Below, in pieces: positions 23,635-36,935 of a stretch of DNA of 64,000 bases; position 1 is the first letter of the stretch; each line of letters begins with the position of its first letter. Below the pieces are notes generated by a model. It did not search any database. It was not told the origin of the DNA and saw only the letters and a list, made by a program, of their open reading frames with translations. The DNA comes from Takakia lepidozioides (lineage: Eukaryota > Plantae > Bryophyta), in assembly GCA_030704615.1 (NCBI GenBank), contig CM060734.1, positions 45,136,001 to 45,200,000 on the forward strand. The letters are read 5' to 3'. A program made the translations under genes and the position numbers.

Positions 23635-26600
23635 CCCTATATATAAGGTCCATGGTTTGGTGGTTATGTGAAGGACATACACATTGCAGCAAGAGATTGG
23701 TGAGTGAGCGAGACAGTGGGGTCGCATGACTTGCATTTGACGTTAGAGTGTGGGTGCGTCCATAATTTGCACCAAAGGTGCACAGTGCGCACATTATGCA
23801 TGTGCCCATTTCTCTATTTTGCAGGCAACAAACATACCGTTAGATGTGAAGGGCATGATGTTGCCGTTCATGTGGTAGTCCAAGTTATAACGTCACACCT
23901 CTCACCAGGGACATTAATCCACCATCTCTAAGGTAGCTTGGATACTCATACTCCCTACAAAAGGTATACAATATGAGAGAGGAGAACATGAGTCAAATAG
24001 CACTAACTAGGTTATCATCCATTGGAAGGCCTAACTTTCATTATGTTGATCTTATCATAACAACAAATACATATCTGAAAGGTGGTTAAATTTTCCCCCC
24101 CTCCTCAGGCCTGAATTGTGGGCTGTCGCTCCCAGGTTTCCTTTATTAAATTGAAAAAAAAACCATAGCCCTTCAATAATCATCAATAAAGCTCAATGGG
24201 CTCAAATCCTGCTACATTGTCAGGTGTGGTATAATTTTCTCCCCCTGCCCTTGGGCGGTGTCCTTTGAGCCTTGTGATATGGCGAGGTTACTTTGAAAGA
24301 GGTTATTTTCTGCTCTCACTATTATTATTATTATTTAGAGAACAGGGGACAGTGGCCCTGGAAGTTTTATAAAAATGGTAAGGAAAAAATAACCTTACAA
24401 AGGGGAGCCATAAGGCATATGAATGAGGTTCCACTCCGCTCTCACTATTATTAAGTGGCCTGCTTGAAGTTTGTGAGCGGTCACTCCCTAGTGTTTCTGT
24501 TTTTATTTTTTATTTTATTTTCCCGGTTTTTTCTGTTTTAATTATTAAAAAAGAAAAGTGAACCTAAACTTGCACCCAATACTAGATGGTTGTCTATCAC
24601 AACATTTCATTAAAAAAGAAGAAGATCATGGCGGGACTCAAGCCCTTATTATATCATCTTTTGGACTGTTAGGTGAGCCTATCGCGTGGTTGCTATTCTC
24701 ACCACACGTGGACCCTTGGCCGTCTCTTCCGTTTCCGGTTTTTGGTAACGAATCCGGATCAAAGCTGGTTTACACCAGACTTTTTGCTGGCCTAAGCGAA
24801 GTAGTTCCTTTGCACCACAATTCAACTCCAAATAGATTTGTACTCCAGAAAAGGAGGAATCCCCTGGTTGCATGTAGATTCAGGGTTGGGGTCCACATGG
24901 GAGGGGGGGACCATGGGTGTGCTGGAGCAATTGGGTTTGCAAGTGTTCTATCCACAAGAGAGAGAGCTTCACGTTTTCTACCATCCCACACCAGAAGTTG
25001 TAAATCCCAAAGTGGTGAGGTTGGGAAGCTGGGAACCTCTGCCAAGTGTACATGTGGATGATGTACCGTTAGTGTCTGACTTCCTAGAGAGCACACATCC
25101 TTTAGAACCTGAGGTTTTCTTCACTCGCCCTCCATTTCAATGGTTCTCCAATAGGAGAACTTTCGCCGCAAGCCTCTAGCCAGTGTTATTGTCCTTGTGA
25201 GGGCCCCCCCCTCTACCGACAAGCAGGGGAATGACTTGGGGCCCAAGCTAAGTAGTGCGAAACGAATGTTGATGGTATTGCGACCGGCCGTGAGTTTGTA
25301 TCGGCCGGTTGGATTCTCCTCCCACCATCATACACCATCCTACCTGTGGGGAGACATTTTCATGACTGTGCTCATGCCATGTGTTGCGACTTTCTGATGT
25401 CGCGGTGGTTATAACTGTCAATTCTCTCCATTATTTGTTTCAAAGCGTAGGGGACACAATTGTGGAACTCAAATTTGGTCGGAATGGAGAGGAATTTGGG
25501 TGGGTGCCATGGGTGGATATCGGGTGGGTAAGCGGCATAGGTTAGTGGATGGATTAGGCCCTTGGTTATTACGAAGTAGTCTTGACATCTTATAACTGTG
25601 CATATTAATAAGATTTTCTTTTTGAAGTACAATTCCTCAAATTGAAATCTTACTATGATTAAAAATGTGATGGACAATTCGGTCTTATCGTCGTCTCCAT
25701 TTTCATGAGGTCCATATTGATCTTGGATATGATGGGACCTTCATCAGTGTTCTACACACTCCCCAACCCAACTAAACTCAACATATATCTAATTTTTTCT
25801 CTTATGGAAATGAAAATTGATGAGGCCTTACAAATAGATCAACACCCTAGCTACCAAAACAGTTATAATTGAACAAGACAAATGGATACATTTCCTGGTG
25901 TATTATAAACTAAGATAACCATAATGCAAGTGATTTATGAATGTTTAAAGCTTCCAAAATATGTCTTCGCATGGGAATCTTTGTCGCCACATGTGGGTCG
26001 TGGAAGATCCGAAATCCACTACTTGGAGGTATCTAACATTCATTTGCGTCTAGAATACATATAGCATGGAGTGCGGAATCTCCCTTAAGTGAGGGGGGAA
26101 ATTTCATATTATCACGTTGCCATGGGAGACCAGTTTGAGACCATATCCACATCAAAAGCATGGTTCTATTTTTATTCCTTTTTTTCTTTTTATTTATTTA
26201 AATAGAAGGCCCCTCCCCAGAGAGGCCAGATGTTTTCATCATGAGTAATAAATACCCTCGCATGACTGGCTATGGATGCTAAGAAAGGGGACACCGCCCC
26301 ATAGCAACATAGTTTTATTCTCAAGAGGGAATATTTTCCAACAAACATGCCATTTTACGGACTATTTTATTCTAACCTTGAAATATAATAAATATATGGA
26401 ATTGATTGGAATGGCGGCCCTAAGGAAAAAGAAGTTTTTTAAATTTCTTTAAATGGCCCGAAATACCCAAATTAGAAATAAGATAATTATTTATCCAAGG
26501 CTATGGAAGACGTCGAATTTCAATGTCAGGTCAATGGCGGATTAAATTTCCAGATGCAATTTATCCCCTATATGCAACAAACCAAATAGCCGAACGATGG

Positions 26601-28555
26601 AAATCTCTATGCAGTAGTATTCTTGCAAATATCATAATTTTTTCAGGTGGAAGCCCATTGTCGCTCCCAGGTGTTTCCCTTTAAAAAAAAAAACGCCCAT
26701 TTTATAGGAGTGTGGGGGAGAAATATCATCAATAGTAAGCACCAAACTGTATGTAAAGTAAATCGCTGTAAATATCTGTTGATCATCATTCCATCTCAGG
26801 CATGGTAAAAAAGGAATGGAACCAAAATGTAACTTATTTAGTAAGAAAAGGACCAGCACTTTGTGACGGCTATTAACTAAGGAGCCCTTGATGGGCAATC
26901 TGCCCACCTTGATGAGCAGTAAATGCAGTGATTCATACTTTGGTTGCAGTCCTACATTTCAGTCTCCTACAAATGCTGCCCTGCACATGCCATGTACCCC
27001 TTGGGAAGTGTCCAATGTGGTTCAAGCTTCATGGGTGACAAGCTCCATAAACATGAAGACAAATGTATTTTATTGTGTGCCATTGACAGGCTTATGACAG
27101 CCTTGAAGGCAATGGTGAACTTGTACTTTGGGACAAGCCCCAAGGACATGCTCACATGGAAGTCATGGCAGCCAAAACAATCGGTGTAACACACTTGTGT
27201 TGCCAACAACTTTCCGCACTCATTTTTCCTCCCCTTCCCAATGAAAAACATCTTGATAGAACTATTCTTGATGGAAAACCCATCCCGGCTGTGTACCGGT
27301 CTTTAGCAATACGCGGAATGTTGCCTTTTTGCATATTGCATGTTATCGACTAGAGTCGCTCACAACCCGACCAAGCCACTGTCCTCTCCAAATCTCCGAA
27401 TCATACTAGTGATACTGGGAGCAATAGAAAATTGAAATCTCAGAATCATACTAGTGATACTTGGAGTAATAGAAAGTTGTAGTGTCTCTTTACTTGGACC
27501 AATTCACCACCTCATGTCAAGTTGCAGTTTCTCTCTCACTTTCCTTTCCAAACTTATCCTTCGTCTCCACCATCTCATACACTTTCCTCAAACGTTCCTC
27601 AAACCCACCAATTTTTTCCAGTGAAACAATTTACCAATTCCATCGAAAGAAGAAGAATTTACTTCAAGAATTGTAGATGAAATACCATCCATCAGTAATC
27701 TTATCATCCATGTGTGCATTACTATTCATGTCAAAAGTCAATAACTTGTAACCTTGTTACGCACGGCAAATCCGATTTTACGATTGAGGATAAAACTTTG
27801 ATATAGGTAATTAAGTACTGAATTTGTCCAATGGAAGTACAGCTGGAAAAGAAGAACCGTGTCCCAAATAGAGTAGAAAACCTTACAATAGTAGGACAAA
27901 TATTTTTTAAAGCAAATTGTTGAAGACAATTATAAAAATATTTTCCTTAAAATATTTATTTAAAAATAAAATAGACACGACTATTTGTTTTTGAAAATGC
28001 TTCGATAGGATATAAAAGTACTAGTGAACTTAAGTGAGTCGCTTTATTAAACAACGGATTGAACGGAGAAAGGAATTCAAACACATAAATAACAAATAAA
28101 TAACGGATTTCCCTCCAATAATAATCCCAAATAAAGTTAATCTCATGCCCGCTGTTATCACAAAAGAAAAGATAACAAAAAGAAAAGGAACTCTAACTAA
28201 AAATTTAGAAAAACTCAGGAGAATCCAAATGGCGCAAAAGGAGCGGCTGTAGTTGGCGGGAAAATTGCACGACGTTGGTAGACGCAGGGCCCACGTGGCC
28301 GCAGCGCAGTCGCAGTAGGTGCCTCGGTAAAAAACAATTTACGTCGACGGGGCTCGAGGTTATCGCCGGCGAGCCCGCTTGGTGCCGGAAAGGTGCGGCA
28401 ACTTCGCGGCGCCTATGTAGCCGGCGCGGCTAGCCTGCCCCATTATGAACTGCGCGACACGAAAATAGACCGCGCGGTCAGTAGCCTCTGTGGAAAAAAT
28501 ATCCGGGCCCGCACAGTCGCCGGCCGAAAGGCCCGGTGGACGGGAACCCGCAGCG

Positions 28556-28700
28556 TGTATAATAAAGGGGTGACCCCGCACCACACTCTTCCTTTGCTCA
28601 TACCCCCCCCCTCTCTTTCTCTCTCTCTCCTTGTCTCTCTCTCGCTTTCCTTCTTCACCTCTTGTCTATCTTTCTCTGTCTTTCATCATCTGTTGGTGTT
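28556..28700 (+). promoter_or_regulatory. Probable core promoter (TATA-like TATAATAA) and CT-rich 5' leader of the AP2/ERF gene
   Basis: gtgtataataaagg followed ~25 nt later by a pyrimidine-rich (CT)n stretch, upstream of the ORF; G-box CACGTG at ~28292. Confidence 0.5.
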
Positions 28701-28991
28701 GTTTGTGTATCTGTGAAGTATCTGTGTAGGGTTACAGAAGTCTGCCTAGTTGGGTTTCTCAGGGGTGAGCATCATCTTGGCTACATCTGGGGTGTTTGTG
28801 CACCACTTTCTTCTGACGGAGAGTTTCATACACCTCTGCTTTGTTTCCTGTTTGTGAGCAGTTGTTGCACTCAGGTGTCACACCAGCTTTCTTCATGCAC
28901 TTCATCGTCTTCTCTCACGGCTGCATTCGCAGCTTTAGACTCTTGATACTGCGTCTGTTATAACGGAGTGCTTTCATATCGACCCTCAAAG

Positions 28992-30620
28992 ATGCCGGGC
29001 CCTCAAACCTTTCCGAAGAGTTCCAATTTGTTGTTCAAGGCAAACACAAAGATTTGCAAGAAAACTGTGAAAAGAGAGTACTTGTCGTCGGAGTCTGAGG
29101 ACGAGTGGGGAGAGTCAAAACCGCAAATCTGCCCTAAGCGAGTGAGAGTGATTTGTACCGATCCTGATGCAACAGACTCATCTAGTGATGAGGAGGGTAA
29201 TTTCCGCCATAGCCACTTGATCAGAAACTCGCATCGGAGGCATGTTCAAGAGATTGACATTCGGGCTGAATGTTCGCCTTCCTCTTCTGACAGTGAAGAT
29301 GACTTAGAAGTGCCTAGCTACCACAGCATATTTACTGCTCAGGCAATGCGATGTTCTCTCAATTATGCCAGCCCCCTGGGGACAGCCGGTGTGCAACAGC
29401 CCTCAACGAAATTCCTGAAAAGTCCCTGGCAATCTAAGAGGAAAGTGGAGAAGATGTCGTCAAAGAAAATTTCCAAGGTGATCAAGAAAAAGCTGGAGCC
29501 TATAGACAAGCTTGTCGCTGAAAATGGATCTGGGAAAGGTGTCAGCGCAAATAACCTCTGCAAGCCTGCTCCAGTTAATGTCAAGCCTCCTGCCTTGCGA
29601 CCCATGAAAACAGGGGAGGAGGGCGGAAAGACGCACAAGTACAGGGGTGTGAGGCAAAGACCGTGGGGAAAGTGGGCAGCAGAGATTCGGGATCCTTCGA
29701 AAGGGGTGCGCCTCTGGTTGGGTACCTATGACACTGCCGAAGAGGCTGCACAAGCCTATGACAAAGCTGCCAGGGAGATTAGAGGTCCTCAAGCTCACAC
29801 GAACTTTTCAGGGCTTGAGAATCTTGAGCACCTTGGGTTGCCTTCCAACCCTGGTGCAGCTGCTGCTGCTAAAGCTGCATTGCGAACCGATGAGTCCACG
29901 GTAAATGGAGCTGAGTTGCCTGATAGAGAGGACAGTGAGGTCCAATATGCTAACGAGCTTGATACAGCAGAAGAGGTTGGGCAAGCATACGACAGCGATG
30001 TCAGGGAGACTGAAGGCCATCGTGCTCAGACCAACTTCTCGGGGCTTGAGGATCTTGAGGATTTGGGGTTGCCTTCTAACCAAGCTACAGCTCCTTCTTC
30101 GGAAGCCTCATTGCCAGCCGAAGAGTTAGCAGATGAGTCTCTTGCTGAGGCCGAGCATGTTGAGGAACCCGAGGGTGAGGCCCATGTGGTGCAAGAGGTT
30201 GGTGAGCTTGATACAGTGGAGGAGGCTGCCCACACATTTGACAACTCCAGGGAGGTCACCAGCTTTTTGGTATTGGAGAATCTTGAGCATCTGGAGTTGC
30301 CATCTAACCCCGACTCAGGTTCAACTTCCGACGTTCTATTGCAAACTGAGAACCTGGCACTGAATGGTGCCGAGTCGCTGGAGCTGCCTGCGAGGGATGA
30401 CAATGAGATTCAAGATGCCATTGAGCTTGGACAGGCTTACTTTCCAGATGAAGAGTTCCTGTTTGGCATACCCAGCTGCGATGATGGAAGGGATGTAATG
30501 ATGGATTTCGCAGCAGGTTTTGACCTTCTGGGCAGTGGGGACGATATTGGTGATCTTGGCTTCGACTCTGACAGCGATACCATGAGCTGGTTTAATGCCA
30601 GTGACATTACTGTTTCTTGA
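28992..30620 (+). CDS. CRF: AP2/ERF transcription factor, cytokinin response factor (CRF) type, intronless
   Basis: CRF domain [20 protein letters not shown]; AP2 domain [20 protein letters not shown]...[33 protein letters not shown]; acidic C-terminus. First ATG is at 28992. Confidence 0.95.
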   Translation: MPGPQTFPKSSNLLFKANTKICKKTVKREYLSSESEDEWGESKPQICPKRVRVICTDPDATDSSSDEEGNFRHSHLIRNSHRRHVQEIDIRAECSPSSSDSEDDLEVPSYHSIFTAQAMRCSLNYASPLGTAGVQQPSTKFLKSPWQSKRKVEKMSSKKISKVIKKKLEPIDKLVAENGSGKGVSANNLCKPAPVNVKPPALRPMKTGEEGGKTHKYRGVRQRPWGKWAAEIRDPSKGVRLWLGTYDTAEEAAQAYDKAAREIRGPQAHTNFSGLENLEHLGLPSNPGAAAAAKAALRTDESTVNGAELPDREDSEVQYANELDTAEEVGQAYDSDVRETEGHRAQTNFSGLEDLEDLGLPSNQATAPSSEASLPAEELADESLAEAEHVEEPEGEAHVVQEVGELDTVEEAAHTFDNSREVTSFLVLENLEHLELPSNPDSGSTSDVLLQTENLALNGAESLELPARDDNEIQDAIELGQAYFPDEEFLFGIPSCDDGRDVMMDFAAGFDLLGSGDDIGDLGFDSDSDTMSWFNASDITVS

Positions 30621-33600
30621 AGAATGAAGAGGAGTAACTACAACTTCCGGTATTCTCGTGTTCTTTGGCTCTGAACTGATGTTGGAGCCTTGAGTTTTTC
30701 ACTATGTTTTGCCTCTATAATGTAGGAAGTCGCGAATTTCTGTGACTTTCTCATCGGAAAGGTGTAGAGATGTTCCTTAAGTGGGGACATGAGGTAAATT
30801 AGTTAATCTTTGAGAAGCCTGTCCAGGGGCCCTCTTGGTATAGTGCCACCGAAGTTTTGTAATTTCTCTGTGATCACGCGTATGTTGGTGTCTGCCGTGA
30901 TACGCCCGACTCCTGGGTTTTTGATCCTCTTTCATATTAGAGAGACACTGTCATGCGGGATTTTAGTATAGCAAATGCAGTATATTGTAGAATCAGAGCC
31001 AATCATTGGTTCAAGCTAGTGTCACTGATTTATACTCAATTCTTTCTACATTTTTTCTCCTCTTCTCGGAAGAGAGAGAGAGAGAGAGAGAGCTTGGGTG
31101 TGAGCCCTCTGTGCAATCAGTTTTGTAGAGAGTTGAATTGAATATCGAGAAGTATAATACAGATGCGGGGATTTGCTGTGGTATATGGTATGCCCTCTCT
31201 TGTAGTAGAGGGCTGCTACTGAGTATATGTTAGCTGGAAGTAAAATTATAATCTGGCTTCTACATTCGTCTTTCCCTCTGCTCTCCTTCAACCAGCCCTT
31301 TGTTATGTCTGTCGTGTGTACACATGGGCTGTCTTGGTTTGTCTTTTCGTCTATTACTGCGTCTATTACTGCACACGGCAAGTTTCGAAGTTGTACAAGG
31401 ACGTCACTCCATTTCGGATGCAGCTGGCCTCTTTGTAGCACATCTGCCTCCTGTCTGAATTTCAAGTAAAAGATGTTCTGGGTTCATGTCTGGCAGACCA
31501 TGGTAGTGTCAATAAGTACCTGCCCAGTTGAATGCTCTTTCTAGAAGTGGACCTCATTGTCTGCCCCAACCCAGAAAGATGGGTTCCCTCTGCAGGCCAA
31601 TGGAGTACACACCTGCAAGGGTTGATGGTAGGTCAACTATTGTTATTTCATTGTTTACCTGTCCCTTGTGTGCTCTTCAAGGAGTGGATCTGTCTGTGAA
31701 TGTGATGTAGGGGGTCTCTCAGTCTTCATGAGCAATGAAGTCCACTGCAGCGAGTGTGTAGTGCAACGAAGACATCTTGTGTCTCTCGACCATGTCTTTA
31801 CTACTAAGCCACAGTCCTGCGGTTTTTGTTGTCTAAAATGAATACTTGCCCTTTGGAACACAGTGATGGCCTTTGGTTCGCTCGAATGGGAATAACTCGC
31901 GGGGTTTGAAACACCCAAGTGCTTCTCCTAGAGGACTGAAGTATGTTCAAGAATGTCACCAAGTGTTAGCCCTGTTGGAGCAGGATTCACTGTCTCCAGT
32001 GCCTGTTGTTAAACAGCATTTTACTCTCTGAGTTAGATTTGGATGTAAATTTTGGTCTTCAACAGCTGGGATAAGTAAATGGGTTAGCTTTCAGATCTGT
32101 GAACTACCCGCAAGTGCTAGACTTCCAAAGAGTAATGCCTGAAAACTGAACTAAAGACATTGCCAATGTTCACACCTTACAAAGACGGTGACGGCATGCA
32201 TCACATCTAACCCAGCCTCAACTCTCTGTAATCCCCTCTGTTTCCGTTGCGGTTTTCCTTTCCTTCTTCTTTGGAAAGTCAATTGAAGAACGTAAGCGAT
32301 CTATCTGTCTCCAGGCGATGGTCCATTACAGGACAGAGATTGTGTCACCCTAAAACCAAAAATTCTTGTTCCTATGGAAGCTCAGTGTCTATATACTTAA
32401 AACAGGAACCATTCTCGTAAGATCCACAAATCGGGAATGACAATCAAAGACCCCTATGAGCGTATTCCAAGCGCCCAAGGACCCACCAGGTGTGGGACTA
32501 GACCTCAATAACTTAAAAGGTAAGCTGCGTACATAGCAGTGTGGCACTCTCACACACACACAACAAGAAGAGTCAGCCTCATACAAGTTCTCGACAGTGT
32601 TTGTGTGGGGCTCTGCGCGGTTGCAGGGCCCACTAGTTTTGAACCCTCACCCTTGACTTTGTATGCTGCATGTAGCTGTCGGTTGATTATATTTACTTCA
32701 CACGCAAAGGGCCTGCAGTTTTGTATACTTTAATAAATTGGGTGGGCCTCAGTAACACATGAGGTTGTGTCCAACTTTGTTGTCAAATGGATTGCTCTGT
32801 TGAGGTCTGTCTGGGCCCCAATCCCAGCCGCCAATTCTCTCCCACTATAAGAATGATAACACAAAGTAGCAGCAGTGACAAATCAACCCACACTATAGTC
32901 CCTCCCTTTAGCACAGACCTTCTCCCAGGCATCCACTCAAAGCTCATGCTTATCACAATGCACAAACCAATAGTACAGCAAGCAGTGTAGTTCGGAGGTG
33001 GGGTAGCATGTGAGCTTTCTCCTCACCTGAGCAGAACAGGATATTCCACATATTCTAGGAATACTCAGAAAATGTACTATGGCGAAACAAAAATGTGCTC
33101 ACACAATTGTGAAACCCCTTTCAAATGTAGCCAGCACATAGAAATGACAAGATGAAAGAGTTCCAATATTGCATTAAATACCCCTTCGAACAGAAAAAAG
33201 CTTTTTAAGGTTTTCGTGTCTTTTTATATATAAGTATATATATAATAAGTTAACATATATACTATATGTATATATGCACATATATACGTATACATAGATA
33301 TGGGATACTATAATATTTTTAAAATATTATTTTAATATCTAATATTTGTTTAAAAAAATGCAATGGTTTACCAGGAAGAGCTGTGGTTCGTTCAGTTGGC
33401 CTTGTTTACAATGCTCCTTTTTCTGCTCTGTTGCATTGAAGACATGATGGAGGTCACTGAGGATCAAATATCAATGGCATGTTATCCATCATGACTTCCT
33501 AAGTTCATGAGGGCTTCAAGCCGAGACAAGTGTCCACACAAATGCACCCTGAATTTGCAGGAATCCTTGTTGCATAAAGATGCATTCTTCCAGTCTAGGA

Positions 33601-33998
33601 ATCTGTGGGCACCTCCATTCCATAGCTGTATTTGGGTTTTCTCTTCAAAGAAAAGGGGGCAGAGGCCCTTTTGATCAAATTGATAAAGCAATGTGGAAAA
33701 GATTATCACGTTTGAAGGCAGTATTGACTGTGGTACTCTGACCAAAGGAATTGCTTCCAAAGACTACAATTCATGAGGATTGGTATGTAAAGTTTCTGAT
33801 TTGTGAATGTTGTTATCTGCGAAGCTGCTTTTCAACCAATAAACTCAATAGTGCCCAGCCTCCCTTCTCTCCCACACCTCTTACCTCTCTGAGAGGCAAT
33901 GTTGTAGGGTTTCAGGCCTAATGACTAAAGCCCTGAAAAAACCTCCACTTTTGAGCCCTTCACATTGTCCTCACTAGTAGGCCTTCAGAAAAAAAATA

Positions 33999-34630
33999 CT
34001 GTGTTGGGAAGTTATCCAATTTCAGGTATAATGACCGGCGGTTACTATCAAAGTTATAGCACACTTCACAAGAGGTTAGGAAAAAGTCAAATAACCATAT
34101 TTTTTGGATAACCTAGTATTAATATATTGAAATGATAAACTGTTGTTCATACATAAATATATATTTAACCTCCCCTATGATTAGAAAAAATCAAGCTATG
34201 GTGAAGTCATGTATATATAACCTCTCAAATTCAAAGGATATGAACAAGGTTATTTGGAATTAGTGTTCATCATTGTAGCACAAACTTTTATGGGCAGCCC
34301 CCTCCCTACTATCTATTATATGTAACCAACATTTTAAAGGTGGTCCAGCTTCACTTTCATGGCAAAGGCTGTTCTTCCACAGCGTAGATATCTTGGAGAG
34401 ATTGTCATAATATAACTTTTAATGAGAGATCTATAATCGACTGTTCAATATGGTTGAAATAACCTTTTAAAATTCCGAACAGGAGGTTATAGAAAAGTTT
34501 AAATAACCATCTAGATAACCTTCATAGTTTCAAATCCCAAATAACCACAACTGACTGTTGTCAAACTATTGCAAGAACGAAATAACCTGAACCCTTGGTT
34601 TCTCATTAATCGAATAACCACACAACACTG
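33999..34630. mobile_element. Possible degenerate hAT-type MITE
   Basis: Imperfect TIRs (ctgtgttgggaagttatcc vs revcomp cagtgttgtgtggttattc) and many internal GGTTAT/ATAACC motifs; no TSD found. Confidence 0.35.
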
Positions 34631-36629
34631 GTATTCACCCAATCGGTGCAACAGTGTTTTCAAAAGATGATTGAAGGACATGAAAGTTGCATCATTTGCA
34701 TTGCAAGACTTAGGTGCAGGACCTACAGTGGGATCAGCTCTGAAGAAAAATGATCCCACTTTCTTATTTGGCCGCCTGAATGTCCAAAATAGAGTCCAGT
34801 TATATGCCATGTTATCTGCGATTTTCTTCTGTGGAGGCTTGCTTGAGGGCTGTGCGCATAAAGGAAGAAAACGCTACAAGAACGCAACGGGTAGTGCACA
34901 CAATCGGACCGACGAGATTAGGAAGGAAACGGAGAGAGGAGGTGCTTTTGCAACTGTTTTGCAATTGGGTCACTTCCGCTGTTTCTCTGAATCCGAGGTA
35001 AGTGTCTATCTAGATCTCTCCTTTCACAAACAGATTGCCGCACTAGTCCGACCCTTCTTTAAGCCTCTATACTTTTTTCTTCCCCGTCACCGTCCTAGAA
35101 TCCTTTTGGTGGTACGCCAGTCCTAGCTCCAGGCACCTTCAACATCGTATGTAATTACGGGAATTCAAATCAAATGCTGTGTGGGCGTACACCCATACAT
35201 CTACTGTGCAGCAAAGGGCCATCCACAAAAGCAACTGGATGGAGGTCTGGTGCAGACATCGCGTGCAGGGTACACGGTGATGATGCATAACCGTGAAGCA
35301 GCACGCCATTGCATGGATTTTGACGGCCACCTGCCCATTACTTCCTGTAACTTTCATTCCAGTGCCACCCCTGACACTGTACGCATGAAAGTGAATTGAA
35401 GGTTCATGAACAGACCCATTCTTATATGAGTCCATCTGCATGTTCTTCCCTTGTATCTTCACAGTTTAAGAGACTGAATGTAAGAAATTTTTGAATGCTA
35501 CGTACAGTTCTGTCTGATAGTCCAGCCAGTGTAGCATCGCAGTAGGAATAGGTACAGGACATCACGAGACACTAGTGGGATGAGGCATCACGGCCGCCAA
35601 CCACCCGCACCACTCAGCTTGGCGCACCGACAAGCACGGCCTCCTCTCTCTCTTCATCGTCGTCCAAAATACTCCGACTCCCCTACTCTGATCTTGAGTA
35701 TGATCCGCTTCACTACTCACTCATGATCTTAGTATCTCTCCCTAGTGATCTACATCATTTCTCGCTCTCTTCTCGATCATTTTTCTTACTGTCTTCTGGA
35801 TGTTCTAGATATATGCTGATCGTCTCGTTCGTCTCGTTCGTCTGCACTGCGTACCACGATCTTGGGCCGTTCCAACAATTAGTGAACTGATATAGCTGGA
35901 TTGAACAATCATGTATGGAGCAGCAAGTTAATCACTTCCATGAGAAAGAGATTTCTTAAAATGCCTATGAAACGTCGATCCCCTGCCACAAGACTTCCTC
36001 TGCCGCTGCTGTGTGCCACACTATGGAAATCTACACTGCGTCGATGCAAACCAAAGGCTGCAAGTTTATGCATCGTGCATTGGCCACATGCCAATCCAAG
36101 AACACACGAGGAACACACCCACTAGATACTGTTTTTTCCTGGAGACTGTTACTGCCTCTCTGGGCCGTAGCTTCCCTTGAAAAGTGAATCGTACTCTCTT
36201 TCTGGGTCTAGTTGATCCGCGAAACTGCGATGGAGATCCACTTTAGACCTCTACAACTAAATGACTTGTTGCAAGAATCAAGATGCCTGAAGCAAGGACT
36301 GACAAAATAACGTGGCGCAAACTCTGTGTGAGCTGCTCACAAGATGAATGTGGGATGTCATACAGGACGAAGATGGGATTGTTTACGTTATGTATGCCAG
36401 ACTGTTTCTCTTTCCATGTACAATACAAGCATTTCGTAATCGGTCTCATTGCACTGTACTGTGTGCAGCTAGAATTAATTAAGGTTCGTAGCGGCACCGT
36501 ACTCACCCATTTTGAAAAACAAAATTTATACGTTACATTGAGATTTTTTGGGGGATAAGAGTCCAGTACACTGAATGCACGGGGTAGAGAATTCATGTGA
36601 GCGTTGTGATGGAATTATAATCTCACTAG

Positions 36630-36935
36630 CTAGCTCACCAGAAGCGCCTTGCCACCTCGGGCGTCCTTCTCCACCTCTACCAGAGCAGCCCTGAAGTCAG
36701 TCAGACTGAACTTCTTGCCGACCAAAGGCTCAACAATCTTGTCCTCTAGCATCCTTCATCTGTTAAGTTGAAATTTCTTCCTCCCTTCCAAGGCTCCACT
36801 CGAAAAATACAAAGAAGCTGATTCTAACTTTCTAAGGAGATAAAAGTGAGTGTAAGATCAGAGCATGATGGGAACCCGTATGCAAAGACTTCACCACCGT
36901 CTCTGACACTGTTCGAAACCTTCTGCACCCACACC
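36630..36935 (-). pseudogene. 3' fragment of an MDR-family (enoyl-reductase / quinone-oxidoreductase-like) gene
   Basis: Manual translation gives VQKVSNSVRDGGEVFAYG and LEDKIVEPLVGKKFSLTDFRAALVEVEKDARGGKALLVS*; the terminal GKxLL is typical of MDR proteins. No N-terminal part seen. Confidence 0.55.

Noticed and set aside
13536-28300. Numerous short ORFs (60-170 aa) in this intergenic stretch
   Set aside because: No recognisable domains or consistent splice structure by eye; probably decayed TE and intergenic sequence, though BLASTx could reveal remnants (e.g. ~17600-18200, 19450-20500, 24900-27350).
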